26,034 nt of DNA from Candidatus Hadarchaeum sp. (GCF_038871235.1 NZ_JAVZIN010000014.1:1-26034), one strand, 5' to 3'. Counted from the first letter of the stretch, positions 1-9,311 are shown. Translations and numbers: made by a program. The notes: generated from the letters alone by a model not told the origin.

Positions 1-400
1 AAATTATCCTGAAGATCAGCATCGTGACAATTCCAACGAAAATTGGCCAAATGCTTAAAACTTCAATTTTAACTAGACCGAGCCCATAGGCTGTTTCAAG
101 CAAACCGTACGTCAACTGCATCGAGGTGAAAAAGGACAGCAAGAGCTTGGCCACGATATCCTCGATGGCTGACCAGAGGATGAAAAACACGACCGCAGTG
201 CCCACGCCGCCTGCAGAAAAAATGAACACGGTGTGAAGGGTGCCTTGCGGGGGCGGCTCAATCCGGACATAGCCATACAAATTGGAAAGACTCATGCCGT
301 AGAAGATCTCTGAGCTGTAACTAAGTGCCCTAGCCACAACCAGATGGAAAGTTTCGTGAATAATTACCGACAGGGCCAAGAAAACAAAAAAAATTACCAC
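1..400 (-). CDS. Membrane protein with HExxH motif (M50-like zinc metalloprotease candidate), 3' end outside window
   Basis: Absent from the ORF track; translated by hand. VVIFFVFLALSVIIHETFHLVVARAL...FIFSAGGVG...YGLLE..., open to the window edge, about 4 hydrophobic segments. Start is GTG at 400; the frame stays open upstream to a CTG at 463. Confidence 0.7.
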   Translation of the reverse strand, partial: MVIFFVFLALSVIIHETFHLVVARALSYSSEIFYGMSLSNLYGYVRIEPPPQGTLHTVFIFSAGGVGTAVVFFILWSAIEDIVAKLLLSFFTSMQLTYGLLETAYGLGLVKIEVLSIWPIFVGIVTMLIFRII

Positions 401-892
401 GCCTCTTTTTACATCGGAAGCTCCGCGTGATCTTCTGTGGCCTTTCTTGGGAATTATCGCCAGGTTGCTACCCCATCAAGAATTAGACTTCAGAGAATTA
501 TCTTTTTTCTCTCAGGCGGTTTTCACGCATGTTTTGGTGTGAATCTTTAAGCATGCCGATGACAGAAATGTTTCCGTTTCAATAAATTGGAGTAGTTCAT
601 GCGGCGACTACCAGCAGTAGCTAGAAAGACATGTAACCTAAATCTAACAATGGCTCTTTGGTATGAATAGTTTGAGGCCTTTTTTGGCTTGTTGAAATCC
701 TCTTCTCTTTGCCCATAGGAGTAGGGAGCGCTACACTAATAATAACACTTCTTATACTTGTTATTTCGGTGCACGAGCAATAAAGCTAAATTTTTTTTAT
801 TTCCGAAAGTAGTCTTTTCATGAGGCAATGAGGGTGCAAAGGAGGGATAACCTCGTGCACCTGAGATTATTAACCAAATGGAGGGAGAGAAA

Positions 893-1969
893 ATGGAAAA
901 GTGGGGAATTGGAATTTTGGGTGTTATTATTGCAGTAATCACAATGATCGCAGGTGCAGTTATTTTAGTTGGGGCGAACGTTCAAATGAGAGAGTCACCA
1001 CCAGCTGCGATTCTAGGGGCTCCTGTTGCCCTTGGCTCCATAAGGACTGAGCATATAGCAGATCATGCGATCACGCTTTCAAAGCTCTCGCCTAATGTCG
1101 CCGAAAGGTTGCTGGACATTGGCTCTGTGGATACCTTTGAGCTTGCCGCGGGCGCTGTGACCATTGAGAAGCTTAGCTCAGATGTGAAGGCATGGATAAC
1201 TGAGATATTGCCCATAGATACCACGAAGATCGTCAATGGGGCTATTACCACGGCAAAAATTGCTGATGGCACAATATTGGATGCGGACATAAGTCCAAAT
1301 GCAAACATCGCTGGCAGCAAGATCTTGGCAGAATCGATAACAAGCGCCCAGCTAGCTGACGACATCATGGTTGAGAGCCTCAGTACGAAGAGAATCCTCA
1401 GAACCGCGGAAAATATCTCGATTGAAAATGCGGCGATCACGGAGAACTTGCAAGTGCTAGGCGCGACGACCATTGGGGGCACGCTGGACGTCGCTGATCT
1501 CTTGACTGCCAGCGGAGGCATTTCGTCGACCACATTGACAACCAGTAGCACCACAACACTTGGTGGGAATCTTAACGTTACTGGCGCTACGGAAATTGGG
1601 GGAATGCTGGGCGTCACAGGTTTGACAACCATTAGTAGTCTCCTTATGGTCAATGGAGGCATGGTAGTTGGTAATGGCGGCACGGTGATAAAAAAGGCCA
1701 CGGTTGGAACCTTATCCTTCAATGCCGGAGGCGGAGATAGTTCAGTTGGAGCGAGTACGACAGAGAATAATACCGCTACGATCACGGGTATAGCTACCGG
1801 AGACTTACTTATCTTGGTACCCCCGGCAGCTCTTGAGGACGGACTTTTATACCAAGGCTCGACAATTACCAGTGATAATACGGTCACTATTGCGATTCGT
1901 AACACAACTGGCGCTCCAATATCTACGACGGGGCAGACTTGGTACTACTTGTGGCTTGATATAACATAG
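893..1969 (+). CDS. Membrane-anchored fibre/adhesin-like surface protein with phage tail-fibre-type repeats
   Basis: N-terminal hydrophobic helix; 10-aa repeats (GAITTAKIAD-like); 12-aa LxVxGxTT(L/I)GG repeats; beta-rich C-terminal domain. SD GGAGGGAG precedes ATG 893 (alternative start 878). Confidence 0.65.
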   Translation: MEKWGIGILGVIIAVITMIAGAVILVGANVQMRESPPAAILGAPVALGSIRTEHIADHAITLSKLSPNVAERLLDIGSVDTFELAAGAVTIEKLSSDVKAWITEILPIDTTKIVNGAITTAKIADGTILDADISPNANIAGSKILAESITSAQLADDIMVESLSTKRILRTAENISIENAAITENLQVLGATTIGGTLDVADLLTASGGISSTTLTTSSTTTLGGNLNVTGATEIGGMLGVTGLTTISSLLMVNGGMVVGNGGTVIKKATVGTLSFNAGGGDSSVGASTTENNTATITGIATGDLLILVPPAALEDGLLYQGSTITSDNTVTIAIRNTTGAPISTTGQTWYYLWLDIT

Positions 1970-2552
1970 TTAATCGGTATTAGCTGAGGGATAAAGTGAT
2001 CTCTTAGGTCAATCCCCGAGGCACGTCACCCCTAGGGTTTACCATACTAATCGTAGAGTGAGCATCAGGTCGAACCATTTAGTTCGGCATTTCCATTCTT
2101 AATGAAAGAGATAAGCCTGTTGCTATCAAGCAATGTGCCAGCAAGCGAACAGTGGGAGGGATAGGTGGACGTGATGTTTGCCCCTGTTGTCGGGTTTACC
2201 CAATACACGTGGACGAGACGACGGAGACAGTTGGAAATACTAATTCAAAAACAGTGGGCCCAACCCGCTACTTTTAAAGGACTCACGGTTCAGGTGGCAG
2301 GTTGGAAGAATTTTAACATGGGGGAGAAAGCTTTAGAAAGATAACTCCAAGGAGGTTGAAATTTCCAAACGCGACTTGATTGTCACCTAAATGACAGATT
2401 AGTGCAGATAAATAAAACAATAGTCGCCAAACAAGACTTCCAGATTATCAAAAACTTCTTAACATCCTCATCCACCAGCAGATAAGCGTGCTTTCCCCAT
2501 ACCCCCATAATCAAAGTGACGCTCCAACCTGTTTAAGAATTCAATTTTAATT

Positions 2553-2645
2553 TGGTGGACCGGGCGGGACTCGAACCCGCGACCTCTCGCAATCTGGACG
2601 ACAAAGTTTGCCAAGCGAGTGATCTTCCAGCTGATCTACCGGCCC
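2553..2645 (-). tRNA. tRNA-Ala(GGC) with 17-nt intron at 37/38 (2592-2608), CCA encoded
   Basis: Acceptor GGGCCGG/CCGGTCC with G3:U70; anticodon stem CTCGC/GCGAG; T arm GCGGG TTCGAGT CCCGC; BHB central helix TTGG/CCAG. Confidence 0.96.
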
Positions 2646-2691
2646 ACAAATAGACAGTTGCTTGCCTGGCTTAAGAGATTTTTCAACAGAA

Positions 2692-2877
2692 CTATCTCAG
2701 CCTGAGACGCTGAACCGTCTTCACCTTCCACTTGTACCTGTTTATCCGGCGGTCCCTTCCATATCCGCAGGCGGCGCAAACACCACGCTGGGCGTGATAG
2801 GCTCGCCTGCCACAGCGCCGGCATCTAATGTGGACAACCTTGTGTCTCTTTCCCATCGAGGGAGTGCCCTTAACCAC
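2692..2877 (-). CDS. rpl37e: 50S ribosomal protein L37e
   Basis: KGTPSMGKR...[13 protein letters not shown]...CAACGYG zinc finger; lies downstream of Sm as is usual in archaea; GTG start after SD GGTGA. Confidence 0.96.
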   Translation of the reverse strand: MVKGTPSMGKRHKVVHIRCRRCGRRAYHAQRGVCAACGYGRDRRINRYKWKVKTVQRLRLR

Positions 2878-2882
2878 CCGAA

Positions 2883-3122
<240 letters not shown>

Positions 3123-3133
3123 TTATTCAGCCG

Positions 3134-3143
3134 TATATTTAAG
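3134..3143. promoter_or_regulatory. Putative bidirectional TATA box between Sm and PUA genes
   Basis: TATATTTAAG lies about 25 nt from both divergent starts (3107 and 3166), consistent with short-leader or leaderless transcripts. Confidence 0.5.
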
Positions 3144-3165
3144 TTTATCCTGCCGAGGCTTTAAT

Positions 3166-3651
3166 ATGCCCTCCGGAAGGCGTTATCGGCTGCGAAAAGA
3201 TGAATTTAAAAACTTGGTTCAAGAAGCCAGCCAAAGATTCGGCGAGTCAATAGCCGGCGCCATCGGCAAGGATGTCGAAATCCATGAGATGGACGACGGG
3301 ACGAAGTTGATCATCAGCGGAGGTAAAACGATATTTTTCCGAAAGGATGGCGAGCTGTTTCCGACGCTGAAGATAGTCGATCTGATCAGGATCAAACGCG
3401 TGGTCATTGACATGGGCGCGGTGCCGCACGTAGCCGGAGGTGCCGATGTCATGAGCCCGGGAATTGTTTCAGCAGATCCTGATATCAAAAAGGGGGATAT
3501 CGTTGCTATCGTTGATGAACGCCACGGCACGGCCATCGCGATGGGATTGGCGCTGGTTGAAGGCAACGAAATGAAAGCCCCGAAAGGGAAAGCCGTCAAA
3601 AATATCCACCATGTGGGCGACCGGATCTGGCGGGTTCTGGAAAAGGGTTAA
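3166..3651 (+). CDS. DUF1947/PUA-domain RNA-binding protein (MCT-1/Tma20-like)
   Basis: RYRLRKDE...FPTL...VVIDMGAVPHVAGGADVMSPGIV...KGKAVKNIHHVGDRIW. Real start is ATG 3166; the longer track ORF overlaps Sm/L37e antisense. Confidence 0.93.
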   Translation: MPSGRRYRLRKDEFKNLVQEASQRFGESIAGAIGKDVEIHEMDDGTKLIISGGKTIFFRKDGELFPTLKIVDLIRIKRVVIDMGAVPHVAGGADVMSPGIVSADPDIKKGDIVAIVDERHGTAIAMGLALVEGNEMKAPKGKAVKNIHHVGDRIWRVLEKG

Positions 3652-3683
3652 ATATTGATTAATCGATATTTGCACGAGAGCAC

Positions 3684-4058
3684 ATGAGATCACTAAAGAA
3701 GATTTTTAGCAAGCCCCGAGCCGAACCGGCGCCCATTCAGGAAATACCAGTTACTGAGGTCGAGAGCACCGCTAGGCCGGGAAAAGTTGGTGAGGTTGAG
3801 CCCATCTATGTCAAGAGCATGGAACTCAACAGCCTCGCCGACGTTCAGGAGGCCGCTGACGAGCTCAGGGCGGGAAACATCATCATTCTGGACATCAGCT
3901 CCCTCATGAACCATGATCCTCAAGAGCTGAAACAGGCCATCGACCAGCTCAAGGGAATCTGCCAGGGCATCGGTGGAGATATGGGCCGGCTCACGGAAAC
4001 CAAAGTAATCGCCACGCCTAAGTACATTAGCCTCCAATTCAGGAAGCCCGCCACCTGA
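3684..4058 (+). CDS. sepF: Archaeal SepF cell division protein
   Basis: ELRAGNIIILDIS...LKGICQGIGGDMGRL...VIATP; typical PUA-SepF-ZPR1 order. Confidence 0.88.
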   Translation: MRSLKKIFSKPRAEPAPIQEIPVTEVESTARPGKVGEVEPIYVKSMELNSLADVQEAADELRAGNIIILDISSLMNHDPQELKQAIDQLKGICQGIGGDMGRLTETKVIATPKYISLQFRKPAT

Positions 4059-4071
4059 TTCCGGTGTGCTC

Positions 4072-4635
4072 ATGATGAAAAGGGAGTTCGTCCTCCCGGT
4101 CGAGATTTGTCCCATTTGTGGGGCTAAGGGATCTTTCCAAGTTTTTGGCAGAATTGACGACATCCCGTACTTTGGTGAAACGATGGAAACCCTGGCTACC
4201 TGCAGCAGGTGCCATTTTAAGCACTCTGAAGTGACTCACTTGGGAGAACATGAAGGCTCAAGATATGAATTTCTGATAACCTCTGAGGAAGACATGAAGG
4301 TCAGAGTCATCAGGTCGAGCACCGGCACGATAAAAATACCCGGACTGGGCGTGACCATAAGTCCTGGGCCGGGCAGCCAAGGATATATAACCAACGTGGA
4401 AGGGGTCCTGAACAGAATCAAGGAAGTGTTAACCTACGCCATTGAGTCCTCCCCGCCGCCCAAGCGGAGGGTGGCCGAGAAAAAACTCAAAAAAATAGAA
4501 GAAATGATTCAGGGGCGAGCAAGGGCCAAAATAATCCTGATGGACCCTTACGGACACAGCGCTATCATTGACCGCAGATCCAAGAAGCGGAAGCTGACGA
4601 AGAGGGAAATAAAGGCGCTCACTTCTCTACCTTAG
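4072..4635 (+). CDS. ZPR1-type zinc finger protein
   Basis: CPICG...IPYFGE...CSRCHFK; VRVIRSSTGTIKIP; GYITNVEGVL; DPYGHSAI. Confidence 0.93.
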   Translation: MMKREFVLPVEICPICGAKGSFQVFGRIDDIPYFGETMETLATCSRCHFKHSEVTHLGEHEGSRYEFLITSEEDMKVRVIRSSTGTIKIPGLGVTISPGPGSQGYITNVEGVLNRIKEVLTYAIESSPPPKRRVAEKKLKKIEEMIQGRARAKIILMDPYGHSAIIDRRSKKRKLTKREIKALTSLP

Positions 4636-6531
4636 CCTTATAGTTTCAAGGTTGAGCGGAGCCCTGGTTTCAACTCTAAAGAGTTTGTGTAGCGCGGCGG
4701 CAAAGTCGGTGCACTTGGTATCGTCACCGTGAATGCTTACTATCCTGTCGGGCTTTGGCGACAACCGCCTGATGTAGTTAAGTAACTGCGCGCGATCGGA
4801 GTGGCCGCTGAATCCCTCGATAGTCTTAACCTCCATGTTGACTTTGACCTCCTCGAGCTTTCCCTTCTCCCCCTGCATCGGTATCTCCCGCCAACCCTTC
4901 TGGATCCTTCGCCCCATGGAGCCCTCACCCTGATAACCCACAAAGATCAAGGTGTTCTTGGGATCAGGGGCTAGATGTTTAAAGTACTCTAGGACCGGAC
5001 CGCCAGCCATCATGCCGGCCGTGGAGAGAATGACGGAGGGCTCACCTTCTATTATCTCGGCCCGCTGATCAGGCCCGGATACTTTGGTAAACATGTCGGA
5101 AAGAAACGGGTTCTCATCCTCCTTAAATATCAGCTCCCGCAACTCCTGGGAGAGATACTCAGGATAGGCGGTGTGGATAGCAGTTGCCTCCCAGATCATG
5201 CCATCCAAGTACACGGGTATGCCATCTATGATCTTGCTGCGCCGGGCGCTTTCCAGCAGAACCATGATCTCCTGAGCCCTGCCGACAGCAAAGGCAGGTA
5301 TGAGCACCTTGCCACCGCGCTTTATCGTCTCCAGCACCGTCTGAATGAAGGCCTTCTCGGCATCGGTCCGATAAGGTTGAATGTCCTCAGAGCCTCCATA
5401 GGTGCTGTCTATGATCAGCGTTTCCACCCTAGGGAAGCTGTAAACAGCCGGTGAAAAGAGCCGCGTTCGGTCAAATTTCAGGTCGCCGGTATAGACGACG
5501 TTGTAGAGCCCGTCGCCGATGTGGATATGAACCACCGAGGAACCCAAGATGTGCCCGGCGTTGTGGAAGGTGATCCTTATATCGGGGGCAATGTCCGTAA
5601 CATCTCCATATTCTAAAGTTATGCAGTGGGAGAGAAACGAACCGATATCCCTCTTGTTGAAGGGAAGTTGTTTCCCCTCGCGCTCGGCGATATCCAAATA
5701 ATCGATCAGAAGCAACACGGCAAGATCCCGCGTCGGTGGAGTACAGTAAACTGGCCCATCGAAGCCGTACTTGAAGAGATAAGGTACGAAGCCACAGTGG
5801 TCAAGGTGAGCGTGAGTGAGAATCAATGCGTCTAACTCCGGCAACCTGACCTCTGGAGCTTCAAGATGGGGAAAGGCCTTGTCATCAGATGCCACGTTGA
5901 CGCCGCAATCCAGCATCACCTTGCTTTCAGGTGTCTGTAGCAGGAAACAAGATCTGCCGACCTCCCTGGCCCCGCCCAAGGCTGTGAGCCTCACCCAGCC
6001 ATCCTTGGCCTTCTGCTCGCGGTGGATGCGTCTGCCGATCCTCCTCAAGATCTCGCGCCTTTCGGCCCCCCCGTAGATCATTGAAAGCCGGATGTTACGT
6101 ACGATGTCCGACTTTATCGGCGGCGCCCGGATGACCTTCGGCGTCCAGCTTATCTTGTGCATTATCTCCCTGAGCAGAGCTCCACCCTTCCCAATGGCGA
6201 CGCCGGGTTTCTCGGCCTCGATTGTCACCTCGCCGACATCCTCGCTGAAGATGATGTCGGTTATATTGGCTTCAGCAGGCACCAGCTCTCTGATTTTTCT
6301 CTCGGCTTCTGTCTTGTCGGTCAAAATTGAGGGATCGGGGCGCAGGATGATCCTCTTCCTGAGCTTGCGGGCGAGCTCCTTGATCTTCTCTCCGTTTTCC
6401 ATCAAAAGATCCAGATTTCCGCAGTAGAGGACAACCCTCGGCCCCTCAAAATCTATATTGGTAACTGCATCGGCAAATGGGGTTTCCTTCACCGCTGCCT
6501 TTATCTCTTTAAGTAATTCCTCTGCAGCCAT
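4627..6531 (-). CDS. fttA: Beta-CASP ribonuclease aCPSF1 (FttA), KH-KH-MBL-beta-CASP
   Basis: N-terminal KH region (EGP...KPGVAIGKGG), LGGAREVGRSC, THAHLDH, NAGHILGS, GFSGHSDR, C-terminal NLETIRL. Confidence 0.96.
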   Translation of the reverse strand: MAAEELLKEIKAAVKETPFADAVTNIDFEGPRVVLYCGNLDLLMENGEKIKELARKLRKRIILRPDPSILTDKTEAERKIRELVPAEANITDIIFSEDVGEVTIEAEKPGVAIGKGGALLREIMHKISWTPKVIRAPPIKSDIVRNIRLSMIYGGAERREILRRIGRRIHREQKAKDGWVRLTALGGAREVGRSCFLLQTPESKVMLDCGVNVASDDKAFPHLEAPEVRLPELDALILTHAHLDHCGFVPYLFKYGFDGPVYCTPPTRDLAVLLLIDYLDIAEREGKQLPFNKRDIGSFLSHCITLEYGDVTDIAPDIRITFHNAGHILGSSVVHIHIGDGLYNVVYTGDLKFDRTRLFSPAVYSFPRVETLIIDSTYGGSEDIQPYRTDAEKAFIQTVLETIKRGGKVLIPAFAVGRAQEIMVLLESARRSKIIDGIPVYLDGMIWEATAIHTAYPEYLSQELRELIFKEDENPFLSDMFTKVSGPDQRAEIIEGEPSVILSTAGMMAGGPVLEYFKHLAPDPKNTLIFVGYQGEGSMGRRIQKGWREIPMQGEKGKLEEVKVNMEVKTIEGFSGHSDRAQLLNYIRRLSPKPDRIVSIHGDDTKCTDFAAALHKLFRVETRAPLNLETIRLR

Positions 6532-6560
6532 GCTTGCACCCTAATTTTTCTGAACGTGAC

Positions 6561-7175
6561 CTAGGCTAGCTTTTTAATTTCATCAGGAGTAAGCTCACGA
6601 TAACCTTTCTTGGTAACCACGGCAACCAGAACTTCATTTCCCGTCGCGATATCCCGCTTCATCGCAGTTTTGATAGCCCGAATGGCAACCGGAATCGCTT
6701 CCTCTGTTTTCATACCTTCCTTGAACTCGGTCTCTAGGACGCCGTAGGCCACCGAAGAGCCCGATCCCGTCGCCAGCATCTTCTCCTCGATCATACCACC
6801 ATCAATGTCTATGAAGAACAACCGGGGGGAGTCATCATCCATGCCCCCTACTAAAAGGTTCGCATAGTAAAGGTAGGAATTCATTAAGTTGGAGACCATC
6901 TTGGCGCAGGCTGAAACGGTCATCGGGGTGCCCTCATGCATCGCATAGTATCCAGCCTCGGCTCTCATCATATTTACCAATTGCTCTGTATCAGCCACAC
7001 CGCCTGCCGTGGTGAAGGCGATTCTGTCCGTGATGCTGTAAATCTTCTTGGACTTCTTGCTGGCCACAAGGTAGCCCATAGTGGCACGTGAGTCCGTGGC
7101 GAGGACCACGCCATCCCTGCACACCAGACCAACCGTTGTCGTTCCTTTCAATTGTTCAAGTTTCTCTTCTTTCAA
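6561..7175 (-). CDS. psmB: Proteasome beta subunit
   Basis: Propeptide ...LKG|TTTVG, ATDSRATMG, ATGSGS, KRDIATGN; adjacent to aCPSF1; TTG start after SD GGGGTG. Confidence 0.95.
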   Translation of the reverse strand: MKEEKLEQLKGTTTVGLVCRDGVVLATDSRATMGYLVASKKSKKIYSITDRIAFTTAGGVADTEQLVNMMRAEAGYYAMHEGTPMTVSACAKMVSNLMNSYLYYANLLVGGMDDDSPRLFFIDIDGGMIEEKMLATGSGSSVAYGVLETEFKEGMKTEEAIPVAIRAIKTAMKRDIATGNEVLVAVVTKKGYRELTPDEIKKLA

Positions 7176-7270
7176 AACTATGCACCCCAAAAATGCCGCG
7201 TAGAAGCAGCAATAAGTGAATCGCGGTGGCTCTATATAAAGTTATCCGCAAAGTTGAGAGCGGGGATGGG

Positions 7271-8317
7271 GTGAAGGAGCCTAAAAAAATTGAACTCCCA
7301 AGGGAGGTCTGGCTTGGGCCCAAGGTTATCTCCAAAGTGGCACACGTGTGCCAAAAATTGGACCTGGGAAAGCGGGCCTTAATTGTGGCCGACCTCAGGA
7401 CCTTTGAACTCGTTGGCTCCAAAGTCAAATCCCAGCTGGAGAGGGCAAATTTCAACGTCGCCCACACGATAATAAAAGAGGCTGATTTGGCCACGGTGGG
7501 CAAGGTGAGGGAAATCTCCAGAGGCGAGATCGATTTCTTCTTGGGCGTTGGTGGAGGTAGGTGCATCGACGTGGCTAAGCTGGCATCATTTCAGGATGGC
7601 AAGCCCTTTGTATCGGTACCGACGGCGGCTTCCCACGACGGAATCGCCTCATCACGGGCCTCGATTAAAGGGGGAAAAAAGCCGACCTCCATCCAGACCC
7701 ATGCACCGATAGCCATTATCGCTGACACGCTCATCATCAAACGCGCCCCGCACCGCTTGCTGGCGGCTGGCTGTGGTGACATCATCTCAAACTTGACCGC
7801 TGTCAGGGACTGGCAGCTGGCCCACCGGCTCAAGGGCGAGCCATACAGCGAATACGCGGCAACGCTCTCGCTGGTGAGCTACCAGATAGTCATGGAAAAC
7901 GCTGAGGTCATCAAGAAGCGCACCGAGGAGAGCGTGAGGGAAGTCGTCAAGGCCCTAATCTCAAGCAGTGTGGCCATGGCCATAGCCGGAAGCAGCCGGC
8001 CTGCCAGCGGCTCGGAACACCTCTTCAGCCACGCCCTCGACATCACAGCGCCGAAACCCGCGCTGCACGGAGAACAGTGCGGCGTGGGGACAATCATGAT
8101 GGCCTACCTTCACGGCGAGGACTGGGTTGCTATCAAAAAAGCGCTGAAGACGATCGGGGCACCCACCAACGCCAAGGAGTTAGGTATACCCTCAGTGTAT
8201 ATAGTCAAGGCCCTGACGATAGCACACAAAATCAGGCCCGAGCGATACACTATCCTGAAAGAGGGTCTAAGCAAAAGAGCCGCTGAAAGGTTGGCTAAGA
8301 TAACCGGAGTCATCTAG
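7271..8317 (+). CDS. egsA: sn-glycerol-1-phosphate dehydrogenase
   Basis: GVGGGRCIDVAK, VPTAASHDGIAS, SSRPASGSEHLFSHALD, ALHGEQCG; GTG start at 7271. Confidence 0.96.
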   Translation: MKEPKKIELPREVWLGPKVISKVAHVCQKLDLGKRALIVADLRTFELVGSKVKSQLERANFNVAHTIIKEADLATVGKVREISRGEIDFFLGVGGGRCIDVAKLASFQDGKPFVSVPTAASHDGIASSRASIKGGKKPTSIQTHAPIAIIADTLIIKRAPHRLLAAGCGDIISNLTAVRDWQLAHRLKGEPYSEYAATLSLVSYQIVMENAEVIKKRTEESVREVVKALISSSVAMAIAGSSRPASGSEHLFSHALDITAPKPALHGEQCGVGTIMMAYLHGEDWVAIKKALKTIGAPTNAKELGIPSVYIVKALTIAHKIRPERYTILKEGLSKRAAERLAKITGVI

Positions 8318-8669
8318 AGCCGGTCACCGTTATCCTGTCTCCAGCCTTGAGTCTACGGAAATTCTCAATACCATGCCTGATGACCCCAAAGGTCTCGACC
8401 GGGCCCACTGGCTGTGAACTGCCGAAGAAAACGCAGAACGCGGGGCCATCCGGCCAGTAGGAGACGTCACCAGCCTTTGTCCTCGTTGTTGTTTTTTCAG
8501 GCCTTATTTTAACTGGGATGTCAAAATAGATCTCCTCCTTCCAGATATCTATCACCCCATCAAACGGTAACACGCGCCAGATGGCATCGCATATTTTTGG
8601 ATGTTCATCCTCCAGCAATTCCACTTCAGCCTCAAATTCCGGCAGCCTGAGGATGAGTTTTCTACTCAT
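8310..8669 (-). CDS. Cyclophilin-like fold protein (DUF369/TM1367-like)
   Basis: IWRVLPF...WKEEIYF...GDVSYWPDGPAFCVFFG. Confidence 0.85.
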   Translation of the reverse strand: MSRKLILRLPEFEAEVELLEDEHPKICDAIWRVLPFDGVIDIWKEEIYFDIPVKIRPEKTTTRTKAGDVSYWPDGPAFCVFFGSSQPVGPVETFGVIRHGIENFRRLKAGDRITVTGSR

Positions 8670-8768
8670 GGAACTCAAAATTTATTTTAAATACTTTCTT
8701 TATCTCTTTCCCTGTCGGCCTTTCAAAAGGAATAAGAAACAGCAGCGCCTTGAAATATCGAGGATAGG

Positions 8769-9311
8769 ATGATCGACAGGGAGCGGGCCATCCGTGCCTT
8801 GCGCGAGGCCGGATGTCCGAAGAACGTCATTGAACACTGCCTTGCCGTGGAACGCACGGCCCTTTCCATCGCTAAAAAAATTTCATCAAATGGGCACAAG
8901 ATCGACCTGTGGCTGGTCAGCTTGGGTGGGCTATTACACGACATAGGGCGCTCAAGAACTCACGGCATCGAGCACGGAATCGAAGGAGGTAAAATACTAA
9001 GGAGATTGGGATTGGGAGATTTAGCTCCTTTCGCCGAACGTCACATTGGCTCGGGCATCCCGGCTGATGAAGCAAAAGAGCTGGGGCTGCCCGCCTGCGA
9101 CTTCATACCAAAGACACTTGAGGAAAAGGTGGTGACCTATGCAGACAAACTGGTCAACAAAAATAAACGGGGCACTTACAGGCAGGCCCTCAAGTGGTTC
9201 AAATCCAATCTGGGCCCAGAACATCCAGCCCTTGATCGCTTTAAAAGACTGCACGAGGAGATCCAAAGTTTAATGAAAAATAAGAGGCAATTTCAAGAAA
9301 CGGCCCATTAA
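8769..9311 (+). CDS. HD-domain (HDIG) phosphohydrolase, TIGR00295-like
   Basis: VIEHCLAV, LLHDIGRSRTHGIEHG, ERHIGSGI, PKTLEEKVVTYADKL. Confidence 0.9.
   Translation: MIDRERAIRALREAGCPKNVIEHCLAVERTALSIAKKISSNGHKIDLWLVSLGGLLHDIGRSRTHGIEHGIEGGKILRRLGLGDLAPFAERHIGSGIPADEAKELGLPACDFIPKTLEEKVVTYADKLVNKNKRGTYRQALKWFKSNLGPEHPALDRFKRLHEEIQSLMKNKRQFQETAH

Noticed and set aside
1063-1905. 280-aa minus-strand ORF
   Set aside because: Antisense shadow of the repetitive fibre gene; no motifs.
2273-2288. AGTGGGCCC matching the tRNA-Val 3' end as a possible att remnant
   Set aside because: Only 9 nt, compatible with chance, and no boundary evidence.
1800-2550. Diversity-generating retroelement targeting the fibre C-terminus
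   Set aside because: No template repeat of the 3' end and no reverse transcriptase seen in the window.
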